59,825 nucleotides of DNA, taken from Candidatus Falkowbacteria bacterium (lineage in GTDB: Bacteria > Patescibacteriota > Patescibacteriia > Patescibacteriales > UBA12465). Positions within the stretch are counted from its first letter, which is position 1, and the number at the start of each line of letters is the position of its first letter. The notes below the pieces were generated by a model. It had not been told where the DNA came from. It searched no databases and saw only the letters and a program-made list of their open reading frames with translations. Below are positions 38,195-47,929 of the stretch, one piece after another. The translations under genes and the position numbers were made by a program. Location of the stretch: the NCBI GenBank assembly GCA_903847415.1, contig CAINDR010000054.1:1-59825 (forward strand). The letters run 5' to 3'.

Positions 38195-40741
38195 TTATTT
38201 CCCCAACCCCTTTCCCTTCTCTTTATAAACAATAAAATCCAAATATTCTTTCAAATATTTTCCCGTAATACTTTTTTCATTCTTCGCCACTTCTTCAGGT
38301 GTACCAGCGGCAACAACCTTGCCACCCTTCTCGCCACCTTCTGGGCCGAGATCAATCAGATAGTCCATGGACTTCAACATATGAAGATTGTGTTCAATCA
38401 CTAAAACGGAATTTCCTTTCTCAACTAATTGATTAAGCACAATTAACAACATCTCAATATCATGATGATGCAAACCAGTAGTCGGCTCATCTAAAAGATA
38501 GAGCGTTCTTTTGCCAAGCGTCATTGAAAGTTCTTTGGCAATTTTTACCCGCTGAGCTTCTCCGCCTGAAAGAGTGGTTGATGATTGCCCTAATTTCAAA
38601 TAGCCAAGGCCAACAGAGCGCAAAACTTTTAATTTATCAGTAATAAAATAATTGTCACCAAACAAATCAATCGCCTCATCAATCGTCATGTCCAAAACAT
38701 CAGAAATATTCTTACCCTTGTATTTAACTTGGAGAGTTTCGCGGTTAAAACGCTTACCACGACAAACCTCGCATTCCACCATCACTGCCGGCAAGAAATG
38801 CATCTCAATCATATTAAATCCTGCCCCCTCACAGGCCTCACAACGCCCACCAGGACGATTAAACGAGAAACGCCCAATTCCGTATCCTCTTTCTCGAGAT
38901 TCTGGTAGAGCGGCATAAAAATCTCTAATTGGCGTGAAGAAACCGGTATAAGTTGCCGGATTAGAGCGAGGTGATCTCCCAATTGGTGATTGATTGATAA
39001 TAACCACCTTGTTCACATATTCAACCCCTTTTACCTCGGAAACATCCTCCAGATTCTTTTTACCAGGATGGTTTTTGATATAGGTAATATTTTTGTATAG
39101 GACGTCATAGAGCAAGGAAGATTTTCCACTCCCAGAAACTCCACTTACTCCGACTAGCCGTCCAAGAGGAATTTCTACTTTTATATTCTTGAGATTGTTT
39201 GCCCGAGCGCCCACAAATTTTAAAATACCACTAGTTTTTTCACGTCGCTTTTCTGGGAGACCAATAGAAAGGGCGCCGGTCAAATACTTAACTGTTAAAG
39301 ATTTCTCTAAAGCTTTTTTATTCTTCGCGGGATTGAGTAAATCTTTAGTTGGTCCACAAGCTACTACTTCCCCACCATGCACCCCAGCCAAAGGACCAAG
39401 ATCAACAAGATAATCCGAAGCCCGGATTGTTCTTTCGTCGTGTTCAACAATAATGACCGTGTTATTTTTATTCTTTAAAGTTAAGAGAGTTTCAATTAAA
39501 CGATCGGTATCTCTTTCGTGCAAACCAATCGTTGGTTCATCAAGAACATAAAGAGTGCGAGAAAGTTGTGAACCAATCTGGGAGGACAGTCTAATGCGCT
39601 GCGCTTCCCCGCCCGACAAAGTTTCCGCTTGGCGATCTAGTGATAAATAATTCAAACCAACTTTATTCAAGAAGTCCAAACGATTTAAAATCTGGCCAAT
39701 CACATTTTCAGCAATCGTTAACTCGCGCTTCGTCATCTTCTGATAATATTTCCAAAAAAAGTCATGCGCTTTGTCTAGAGATAAATTACTGGCTTCAGCT
39801 AAGTTCTTGCCAAAAATTCTGACCGACAAAGATTCTTTGCGCAAACGCTTTCCCTCACAAGCTGGGCAAGCTTTTTCGGCGAAGTAGCCAATCGTTCCCA
39901 AACCAGTACACTCCGGACAAGCACCGTGCGGTGAGTTAAAAGAAAATAATCGTGGCTCTACCTCCGGAAAAGAAAAGTTATCATGCGGGCAAGTCCAATT
40001 TGAAGACAACAAAAACTCATTATCTTCAAAATTAGCAATCACCAAGCCTTTACTATAATTAATGGCATTTTCAACGGCTTCAAAAAGACGACTTTCATCA
40101 CTCAACATGACTTTATCAATCACGATTTCAATATCATGCTTTTTCTGGGCAGATAATTTTATCTGGTCACGTAGCGAATGCATTTCACCATCAATTCGCG
40201 CCTCAGCGTAACCAAGGTTCAGGTAGTCATATAATAATTGATAACTCTCTCCTTTTCTCCCCCGAATCACCGGACTCATGATGGTAACATATTCTTTCTT
40301 TAAGTCACGACCGCGGGTTAAAATGATATCAATCATTTCTTCCAAGGAAAGCTTTTCGATTTTCATCCCACACTCTGGACAAAAAACTTCTCCCACGCGA
40401 GCATAGAGAATACGTAGGTAGTCGTGAATCTCGGTCAGAGTACCGACAGTTGAACGAGGATTGTGCGAAAGAGCTTTTTGGTCAATTGAGATCGCTGGTG
40501 CAAGACCAATAATTTCATCAACCTCAGCTGGTTTCTTCTGTCCCAGAAATTGACGCATGTAGGGTGATAACGATTCAACATATTGCCTTTGTCCTTCGGC
40601 GAAGATGGTATCAAAAGCCAGTGACGACTTGCCACTCCCAGAAACTCCCGTGATTACCGTTAAAGCATTATGAGGGATTTCTAAATCAATATTTTTTAAA
40701 TTGTGCATCCGCGCCCCGCGAATGATTATTTTATCTTGCAT
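38195..40741 (-). CDS. uvrA: excinuclease ABC subunit A lacking the insertion domain
   Basis: Two ABC modules (GVSGSGKSS x2, LSGGEAQR x2), Zn fingers, RSNPATY. Confidence 0.97.
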   Translation of the reverse strand: MQDKIIIRGARMHNLKNIDLEIPHNALTVITGVSGSGKSSLAFDTIFAEGQRQYVESLSPYMRQFLGQKKPAEVDEIIGLAPAISIDQKALSHNPRSTVGTLTEIHDYLRILYARVGEVFCPECGMKIEKLSLEEMIDIILTRGRDLKKEYVTIMSPVIRGRKGESYQLLYDYLNLGYAEARIDGEMHSLRDQIKLSAQKKHDIEIVIDKVMLSDESRLFEAVENAINYSKGLVIANFEDNEFLLSSNWTCPHDNFSFPEVEPRLFSFNSPHGACPECTGLGTIGYFAEKACPACEGKRLRKESLSVRIFGKNLAEASNLSLDKAHDFFWKYYQKMTKRELTIAENVIGQILNRLDFLNKVGLNYLSLDRQAETLSGGEAQRIRLSSQIGSQLSRTLYVLDEPTIGLHERDTDRLIETLLTLKNKNNTVIIVEHDERTIRASDYLVDLGPLAGVHGGEVVACGPTKDLLNPAKNKKALEKSLTVKYLTGALSIGLPEKRREKTSGILKFVGARANNLKNIKVEIPLGRLVGVSGVSGSGKSSLLYDVLYKNITYIKNHPGKKNLEDVSEVKGVEYVNKVVIINQSPIGRSPRSNPATYTGFFTPIRDFYAALPESRERGYGIGRFSFNRPGGRCEACEGAGFNMIEMHFLPAVMVECEVCRGKRFNRETLQVKYKGKNISDVLDMTIDEAIDLFGDNYFITDKLKVLRSVGLGYLKLGQSSTTLSGGEAQRVKIAKELSMTLGKRTLYLLDEPTTGLHHHDIEMLLIVLNQLVEKGNSVLVIEHNLHMLKSMDYLIDLGPEGGEKGGKVVAAGTPEEVAKNEKSITGKYLKEYLDFIVYKEKGKGLGK

Positions 40742-40751
40742 AAAAAAACAA

Positions 40752-41324
40752 TTAAAACCTTAATTCTTTGTGCTGGTGGAGATCAATCCCGTAGCGTTGA
40801 TAGATATTAATAGTGCCAATGTGCCCAGCATCTTTACCGGTAAGACCCAATAGCGCTAAGCCATCTTTCACCGCCGCCTCACTCTTCCCTTCAATTTCTA
40901 AAAAGCATGGGATTTGTGGCCAGGTGTCTAGACAAAATTCAACATTATTAAAAATAAATTTGAGACGCTTATTCTCTTGATAATAAATACTACTCGTAAA
41001 ATTAATCGCTCGAATAATTTTGTCCGCTTCTTCAAAGTCGGAAACTTCTACTTCATATTCAGTGGTCTGGTCCATGCCAATTCCTTGGCGATTTTTATAG
41101 GTCAGCTCGGCTTTGATTTTATCAACCCCATCCAGCAATGAATGAACCTCTCGCAAACGAATCCATTCTCCCATATTTGGCGTTTCTGAATTAAGACAAT
41201 TGATATCATAAACAAAACGACGTTGAAATACTTCAGGCACTTCCAGTGCCCCAAGTTGTCGCATTTTGTTAGCTATCTCGTCTTTATTAATATCCAATAC
41301 TTGGGTTTCAAATTCAATTGCCAT
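40752..41324 (-). CDS. CYTH-domain protein
   Basis: IEFE start, WIRLR, LTYK, YQENKR, LDTWP, FLEIEG. Confidence 0.85.
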   Translation of the reverse strand: MAIEFETQVLDINKDEIANKMRQLGALEVPEVFQRRFVYDINCLNSETPNMGEWIRLREVHSLLDGVDKIKAELTYKNRQGIGMDQTTEYEVEVSDFEEADKIIRAINFTSSIYYQENKRLKFIFNNVEFCLDTWPQIPCFLEIEGKSEAAVKDGLALLGLTGKDAGHIGTINIYQRYGIDLHQHKELRF

Positions 41325-41350
41325 ATTTTTCGAAATAAATTATTTATGTT

Positions 41351-42817
41351 TTAAGCTGATTTTTCTGTACCGCTATAATCCCAGCCGGGGTGTTGATAGG
41401 TGCCGCCAGTAGAATCAATAGGGCTTTCTTTTTGGTTGACTGCTAAATCTTCAAACATCTTTCGGAAGTTTTCGTAGCCTTTTTCGGGGTCACCATGGTC
41501 TTCAGTGTATTTAATAAGATTTCGAGAGCCTCGATTAAAAATATGCTGGTTCTCTTTAAACATCTTCATCATTTTTTTGTATATTTTTTCAGTAAACTGT
41601 TCTCCCGGCTTCATTATTTTAAATAAAAGCAAGTCTTCTCTCAAAGCAATTAATCTAACATATCTTTCGGTAGACCATTTATGATATTCATCCATAGTCA
41701 TACCGTTAACTAAACCAGGTTCATTTTGAGGAGCAAACGTATCTTCGGATAATATTTTTTTTGCTTTAATAGACATCCCTATATCAGCATTAGTCGCTAG
41801 ATGAGCCAATTCATGTTCAATAGTCCCAAAATCCATAAGATCAATAGGGATACAAATCATGTTAGTATTAGGCATAAAAAATCCACTAGCACCAGAAACC
41901 CGCTTCTCAATATCTCCAGCAAAATCAAATTCTATTTCGGCGTGTTCTACGTTACTAACTCTCACTTGCTGATGTCTCACAGCTGTTTCTCGATTACAAT
42001 CAAATTCCTTCATTAACCGCTCAATATACCCAGGATCTTTCATTATTTTGAGTAGATTGTTTTGGGCACGCTGAAAATCGCGGAGCAAATCTGGAGCATT
42101 TTTAACTGCTTCTAATTCTTCTGCAGAATAGTTAACTAATCCATCTTTACTCATGTGCTCCCGCTCATCAATCAAGGCCTGCACTTGATCTCTAATAACC
42201 TGGATTGAATCTAAAGAAGAACCGTTTTTTTTAGCAATTACTATTTGGTGTTTTAATTCAAAAATCTGATTATTTATGATTCCAATCCTATTGTTTAAAA
42301 TCTGCTCCTTCGCAAAGTCTTGAGCGACATTAGTATCGGTGGCGGCTCTTTTTTGTTTATCAATTTTATCATAGTTAATCATCATCATTTTACTCAAATC
42401 ATAATCTTCTGGGTTAGGATTCTTAATAGTATCTTGAATTTCCTGATGATTATCCAAATTTACGACTATTTCTTCGTTGATAGAAGTAGCTCTTTCTATT
42501 TGATCTTTCTCTAATCGCAATTCGTTGTTTTCTGCCTCCGCAAACTTTGTTGACCCAACAAATAATCCCAGGGCAGCTGCCGTTTGAATAAATTTCCTCG
42601 CAATACCACTTCTGAGGAATTCTAAAAGTGTTTTCTTTTGACCGTTACTCTCCGTCTTTGAGTCTAAAGCTAAATTTACCCCATCTTCAATCGCTTCAAT
42701 CGCTTCTTGAGCTTGCTCTAAAATTTTCTCGCTTTCAAACTCAGAATTTTTTATTGTTTCTATATCCGGAACCTTCTCAGAAACAACGCTTTGATTGTGA
42801 AAATTTTCTTTAAACAT
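41351..42817 (-). CDS. hypothetical protein with internal signal-like segment and HEXXH motif
   Basis: Acidic N-terminal extension, RKFIQTAAALGLFVGSTKFAEA, and SGFF.P..N.I..P..IEHELAH. Confidence 0.65.
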   Translation of the reverse strand: MFKENFHNQSVVSEKVPDIETIKNSEFESEKILEQAQEAIEAIEDGVNLALDSKTESNGQKKTLLEFLRSGIARKFIQTAAALGLFVGSTKFAEAENNELRLEKDQIERATSINEEIVVNLDNHQEIQDTIKNPNPEDYDLSKMMMINYDKIDKQKRAATDTNVAQDFAKEQILNNRIGIINNQIFELKHQIVIAKKNGSSLDSIQVIRDQVQALIDEREHMSKDGLVNYSAEELEAVKNAPDLLRDFQRAQNNLLKIMKDPGYIERLMKEFDCNRETAVRHQQVRVSNVEHAEIEFDFAGDIEKRVSGASGFFMPNTNMICIPIDLMDFGTIEHELAHLATNADIGMSIKAKKILSEDTFAPQNEPGLVNGMTMDEYHKWSTERYVRLIALREDLLLFKIMKPGEQFTEKIYKKMMKMFKENQHIFNRGSRNLIKYTEDHGDPEKGYENFRKMFEDLAVNQKESPIDSTGGTYQHPGWDYSGTEKSA

Positions 42818-42828
42818 ATTAATAAAAA

Positions 42829-44718
42829 TTAATTTTCTTGGTGATCCAACATATCCTCAATCTTTTTAATAATTGTTTGAGGAGTGATACCATGTTTTTT
42901 ATTATATTCCAATTGTTTGATTCTTCTTCGTCGTGATTCGGAAATTGCTAATTCCATTGAATTAGTAGTCTTATCGGCATATAAAATAATTCTCCCAGAA
43001 ACATTTCTCGCTGCTCGACCCATCGTTTGCAGCAGCGAAGTCTGACTACGCAAAAATCCTTCCCGATCAGCATCAAGAATTGCCACTAAAGTAACCTCTG
43101 GCAGATCCAAACCTTCGCGCAGTAAGTTAACACCAATTAAAACATCAAACCTTCCTTCACGAAATTGTTTTAAAATCTCAGTGCGTTCAAAAGTTTTAAT
43201 ATCAGAATGAAGATAATTCGCTTTTAGACCCTTCTTGTTCATAAACGAACACAAATCTTCGGCTTGGACTTTCGTTAAAGTATTCACAATCGTTCTTTCG
43301 TTCTTTGCCGCTAAACGTTCAGCTTCGATTATCACATCATTAATTTGACTGTAGTTTGTCTCCTTGTTAAAAACTGGACGAATCTCAATCTCTGGATCAA
43401 CTAAACCAGTGGGACGAATCACTTGTTCGACGACACGAGTTGAGTTTTCATTTTCATATTCTCCTGGAGTGGCAGAAGTAAAAATAGTTTGACCGATTCT
43501 TTTTAAAAACTCGGCAAAACGCAGAGGACGATTATCCATCGCCGAAGGCAAACGCCAACCATATTGAACAAGTGTTTTCTTGCGTGCCTGGTCACCATTA
43601 AACATCCCTCTAACTTGTGGCACAGAAATATGTGACTCATCAATGATCGTCAAAAAATCTGGCTTACCATCTTTCCAGGGAAAATAGGCTAACAAAGAAT
43701 CAGGTGCCTGACCAGCTAATTTACCGGTGAGGTGGCGAGAATAGTTTTCGATGCCATGACAATAACCGAGTGAACGAAGCATTTCCACGTCATAGCGAGT
43801 TCGTCTTTCGATGCGCTCCGCTTCAAGCAATAATCCGGTTTCTTTAAAATAAGTCAGGCGATCATTCAACTCTTCCTCGATCTGTTTAATCGCCGCTTCT
43901 ATTTGAGGTTGAGTGGAAACAAAATGCTTCGGCGGAAAAATCATTGTTTCAGATAAAGATTCAAGAATATTTTTAGTGGTATTATCAACAACGGAAATAT
44001 CTGAAACTTTTTGATCTTTCAACTCTAAGCGATAAACCAAATTTTCTGATTTTGGCCGAACTTCAAAAACATCACCTCGCACGCGAAATTCACCACGCTC
44101 AACATCGCCGTTTACTCTTTCAAATTGCATTTTTACTAATTGACTAATCAAGTCAGCACGAGTCATTGGTTGATCTTTGGACAAGCTAAGAGCGGATTCT
44201 AAATAATTAAACGGGATTCCTAAATTATAAATACAAGAAACCGAAGCAACGATAATCACGTCACTCCGGGTCATCAGAGACGAGGTGGCCGCATGACGCA
44301 AACGATCAATTTCTTGATTAATCATCGCTTCCTTATCGATGTAAGTATCAGTAATTGGCAAATAAGCTTCCGGCTGATAATAATCGTAATAGGAAACAAA
44401 ATAATGAACTGCATTGTTAGGGAAAAAGTTTTTATATTCTCGATAAAGTTGGGCCGCTAGCGCTTTATTCGGCGCCATCACCAAAGTTGGTCGATTGAAC
44501 TTTTGAATTAGGTTAGCAGCGGTAAAAGTCTTGCCACTCCCAGTAACTCCCAAAAGAGTCTGAAATCTTTCACCAGCTAACAATCCTTCACTTAAACCCT
44601 TAATTGCTTCTGGTTGGTCACCAGCAGGCTTAAAAGGAGATTGCAAATCAAAAAGAATCTCTCCTTTTGAGTTATTTTTTGGTTTTACTAGTTGTTTTTT
44701 TAACATTGGTAATTCCAT
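42829..44718 (-). CDS. uvrB: excinuclease ABC subunit B lacking the C-terminal UVR domain
   Basis: GDQPEAI, GVTGSGKT, FVSYYDYYQPEAY beta-hairpin, IDESH, INLLREGLD-like motif, GRAARN. Confidence 0.97.
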   Translation of the reverse strand: MELPMLKKQLVKPKNNSKGEILFDLQSPFKPAGDQPEAIKGLSEGLLAGERFQTLLGVTGSGKTFTAANLIQKFNRPTLVMAPNKALAAQLYREYKNFFPNNAVHYFVSYYDYYQPEAYLPITDTYIDKEAMINQEIDRLRHAATSSLMTRSDVIIVASVSCIYNLGIPFNYLESALSLSKDQPMTRADLISQLVKMQFERVNGDVERGEFRVRGDVFEVRPKSENLVYRLELKDQKVSDISVVDNTTKNILESLSETMIFPPKHFVSTQPQIEAAIKQIEEELNDRLTYFKETGLLLEAERIERRTRYDVEMLRSLGYCHGIENYSRHLTGKLAGQAPDSLLAYFPWKDGKPDFLTIIDESHISVPQVRGMFNGDQARKKTLVQYGWRLPSAMDNRPLRFAEFLKRIGQTIFTSATPGEYENENSTRVVEQVIRPTGLVDPEIEIRPVFNKETNYSQINDVIIEAERLAAKNERTIVNTLTKVQAEDLCSFMNKKGLKANYLHSDIKTFERTEILKQFREGRFDVLIGVNLLREGLDLPEVTLVAILDADREGFLRSQTSLLQTMGRAARNVSGRIILYADKTTNSMELAISESRRRRIKQLEYNKKHGITPQTIIKKIEDMLDHQEN

Positions 44719-44724
44719 AGATAT

Positions 44725-45936
44725 TTAGACCGTAACTTCTAATAGCTGATTTTCTTTCTCTATTTCTGTAGTCATGGGTGTAGTAAGGTTTTTGTTTTGA
44801 ACAAATTTTAAAACAAATAATAGAGATAAGACAGAAAACAAAGCAGCAAGGAAAAAGGGTCCGGCAGGATGTTTAATAAAAATAAAACCAGCCAATAATG
44901 GACCAATAATCATACTAAGAGAAGTAATAGATGTCAAAACACCAAGTAGCTCTCCTTGCCTTGACGAATCAGCTTTCTTTGCTAATAAACTAGTTAAAAT
45001 AACTCTCCCAATTGATTGTCCAAAAGTTATCCCTAGCACGCCAATCAAAAAGAATGGCAAATAGCCAATACCTAGAAAGATAAAACCAATCCCCAAGAGT
45101 ATCAGTGAAATAATCGCAAGATAATCTTGCCTGAAACTTCTAATTAATTTTCTTAAAAGAAATCCTTGATTAAAAGCAATTAAAACTCCAATACCGGCCA
45201 TTAATAGTCCAACAGCAAACGTGCCCCAGCCAAAAACTTGATAAACATAAAGAGAGAAAACCGACTGCTGGATTGCGATCGCTAGACCAAAAAAGAAAAT
45301 AGCAAGTAAACCGGAAAGAAAAATTTTCTGTTTGATTACAGAAACAATTGGCACCAAGGGGTTAAGTGATATTTTTCCCTCACGACGAGTATGATTTGTT
45401 TCTGGCAAATAAAAATAAGCAAAAATCGTATTTAATAAAGCTAAAAATCCGACGAAATAAAATGGAAGTCGCAGTGAAAATGATCCAAGTAAACCACCAA
45501 ACATTGGACCAATAATAAAGCCGATCCCAAAAATCGCACCAATCAAGCCAAGGTTGGCAGTTTTTTCTTTTTCGGTTTTTGCGATATCTAAGAGATAATT
45601 TTGAGCAATCGGAAAATTACCTGCCGCCAGACCATCAATGATTCTTCCCAAAAACAAGAAAAATACCGAATTCGCAGCTGCAAAAATCAACCAACCAATT
45701 GTGGTGCTCAATAAACTAATAATCAGCACTGGGCGACGACCAATTTTATCTGATAAAGCCCCTAGAAAAGGAGAGCTAAAGAAAGAAAAGAGAGAGAAAA
45801 CCGCAAACAAAGCAGTCACTACTCCCGCACCAACCCCAAAAGATTCCACAAAAAAAGGCAGGATCGGAATAATAATTCCAATCCCTAAAACATCAACAAA
45901 AACTGTGATGATGATTATTAACCTTTGTTTTTTCAT
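44725..45936 (-). CDS. MFS transporter, TetA/DHA1-like
   Basis: D.LGIGIIIPILP, motif A GALSDKIGRRPV, GRIIDG, GFIIGP. Confidence 0.9.
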   Translation of the reverse strand: MKKQRLIIIITVFVDVLGIGIIIPILPFFVESFGVGAGVVTALFAVFSLFSFFSSPFLGALSDKIGRRPVLIISLLSTTIGWLIFAAANSVFFLFLGRIIDGLAAGNFPIAQNYLLDIAKTEKEKTANLGLIGAIFGIGFIIGPMFGGLLGSFSLRLPFYFVGFLALLNTIFAYFYLPETNHTRREGKISLNPLVPIVSVIKQKIFLSGLLAIFFFGLAIAIQQSVFSLYVYQVFGWGTFAVGLLMAGIGVLIAFNQGFLLRKLIRSFRQDYLAIISLILLGIGFIFLGIGYLPFFLIGVLGITFGQSIGRVILTSLLAKKADSSRQGELLGVLTSITSLSMIIGPLLAGFIFIKHPAGPFFLAALFSVLSLLFVLKFVQNKNLTTPMTTEIEKENQLLEVTV

Positions 45937-45942
45937 TTTAAT

Positions 45943-46299
45943 TTATCTAACAATTAAGTGGTTAGCCAATTCTTCTCGAGCGCGAGAATCATGTTTTTTA
46001 ATTTCAGCAAACATCGCACTGGCATCCTTTCCGCAACCGTTCACGATTTTTTCTCCACCAGGGTGTTTTGCGGATTGGATATAAGAAGATAGGTCATAAA
46101 ACTGTCCGTCAATCATCATCCAGCAATCATTAGCGCTAGCATGTTTACTGACTTCTTCAAGGCTTAAAGCTGGGTTATTACTAACGGCAGCTTCTGGAGT
46201 TTGGTTAATCACTGGAGCTTGAGCCCCCTTAGTTCCGCAGCCAGACAAAATAAGCACAAAAGATAACAAAGAAAGAGTAATAAAATACTTCGTTTTCAT
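45943..46299 (-). CDS. cytochrome b5-like heme-binding lipoprotein
   Basis: Lipobox LSGC; EEVSKH..DCW..YDLS..HPGG..CGKDA..H. Confidence 0.85.
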   Translation of the reverse strand: MKTKYFITLSLLSFVLILSGCGTKGAQAPVINQTPEAAVSNNPALSLEEVSKHASANDCWMMIDGQFYDLSSYIQSAKHPGGEKIVNGCGKDASAMFAEIKKHDSRAREELANHLIVR

Positions 46300-46391
46300 A
46301 ATATTTATTTAAAAATTAATTATTATTAGATCTCAAGATCTTTATAAAGAATATCATAAATAATCAATAAAAACAAAGTTTAGTCACTTTT

Positions 46392-46417
46392 TGTAACACT
46401 TTCCGGTTTTAATCGTA
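46392..46417 (+). promoter_or_regulatory. putative ECF-sigma promoter
   Basis: TGTAAC-N16-CGTA. Confidence 0.5.
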
Positions 46418-46438
46418 TTATTTAGTAGAAAAAAATAT

Positions 46439-46600
46439 ATGAAAAAGTTAAACGCCCACAACCCAGCCTGCCAAAAAACCATGAATTATTCCTGGAACTT
46501 TATTTTTGGCTTGGTCTCCGATTCTCAAGCCGGGTTGGTGTTAGCTAATGCGCCCTTAGAGGTGCAGTACTGCAAGAAGAAAAAGCACCGTAATAGATAA
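46439..46600 (+). CDS. 53-aa putative leader peptide / structured leader
   Basis: MKKLNAHNPACQKTMNYSWNFIFGLVSDSQAGLVLANAPLEVQYCKKKKHRNR; GC-richer than its flanks and followed by a terminator. Confidence 0.45.
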   Translation: MKKLNAHNPACQKTMNYSWNFIFGLVSDSQAGLVLANAPLEVQYCKKKKHRNR

Positions 46601-46624
46601 GATTTATTGAAAAATAAAAATATC

Positions 46625-46658
46625 TCCCCAAGCTTTGAATCCAGCTTGGGGATTTTTT
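46625..46658 (+). terminator. intrinsic terminator / attenuator upstream of the MFS gene
   Basis: TCCCCAAGCT-ttgaatcc-AGCTTGGGGA-TTTTTT. Confidence 0.75.
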
Positions 46659-46698
46659 ATATAGTTTTCTGTTCATTAACAATTAAAAATTTAACATC

Positions 46699-47881
46699 AT
46701 GAAAAAAAAACATTATTCGTTTGTTTTTAGCTCACGCTTTGATTAGCGGAGTAGCGATTTCTTTCTTTTTTACGACCTACACCTTATTTCTAAAGGAAAA
46801 AGGAGTGACTTTAATGGAAATGAATTTAATTAATGCCGCTTTTATGGCAGCAGTGTTTTTATTAGAAGTGCCCACAGGGGCTTTCGCTGATTTTTATGGT
46901 CGAGTTCGCTCGACTGTGATTGGCTCTTTATTACTAATGCTTTCTTTCGCCGCGTATTTCTTCTCTGATCATTTTTGGCAATTTATTAGTGCTGAATTAA
47001 TTGGTGCCTTGGGTCATTCTTTGATTTCTGGGGCAACAAGATCATGGTTCGTCGACTGGCTAAATCACCTAGACATTGGTGCTAAAAGTAAAAAAATCTT
47101 TGAACACCAAACCAGTCTCAGTCAACTAGGTATCGTTATTGGCGCTTGGGTAGGTAGTCAGCTGGGAAGCTACGATTTATCTTGGCCCTGGCTCGCCTCC
47201 GGATTTTCTTTTTTATTAGTCGCTATTTTTGTTTCTTTTTGGCCGGAAAATCATGGTCAGAAAAAAAATGAAAAAATCTGCTTAGCTCCGATTATCAGAA
47301 TCGCCAAAGAAGGATTACGCTTTAGTTTGAAAAGGAAAGATATTTTATATATCTCGCTTTTCTCTGCCCTCTTAGCCTTTTCTATTCAGGGAGTAAATAT
47401 GTATTGGAGTATCTTTTTCACCGAAAAAGGACTGACTATTAGTCGACTGGGACCGATGTTTATGGGAGTGTCACTAGCAATGATTGTGGGTGCCAATCTC
47501 GGAAAATTAATCCCTAAAAAATATGAGGCAAAAAGATTCTTCTTAATTTTACCCCAATTAATCACTGGAATAGCAATTATTGGTTTGTCTTTTTCACTAA
47601 AGAATCCATTCTTAATTTCGTTATTTCTGATTCATGAAGCGGGACGCGGATTTTTCAAGCCACTTAAAGACTACCAAATTAACTTAGCTGCTCCAGAGAA
47701 AATCAGAGCAACCGTTAATTCTTTTAGCTCGATGCTAGAAAAGTTGGGAGCCTTTCTGGGTTTATTATTCTCTGGCTGGCTGGCTCAAACTCTTTCAATT
47801 GGAACTTCTTGGCTCGCTAGCGGTGTTATCCTGAGTGTTGGTACGCTTCTTTTCTTTCTCTTTAGGAAGAAGCGCCACTAA
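46699..47881 (+). CDS. MFS transporter; likely ATG is out of frame by one A in an A9 tract (in-frame ORF from TTG at 46721)
   Basis: EVPTGAFADFYGRV and RATVNS motifs, about 12 TM. ATG plus A8 would read MKKNIIRLFLAH. Confidence 0.8.
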
Positions 47882-47887
47882 CAAAAA

Positions 47888-47916
47888 AGGAGCTTTATTA
47901 ATTAAAGCTCCTCTTT
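47888..47916. terminator. bidirectional terminator
   Basis: AGGAGCTTTA-ttaat-TAAAGCTCCT flanked by A/T tracts. Confidence 0.7.
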
Positions 47917-47929
47917 GTCTTGTAAAAAT

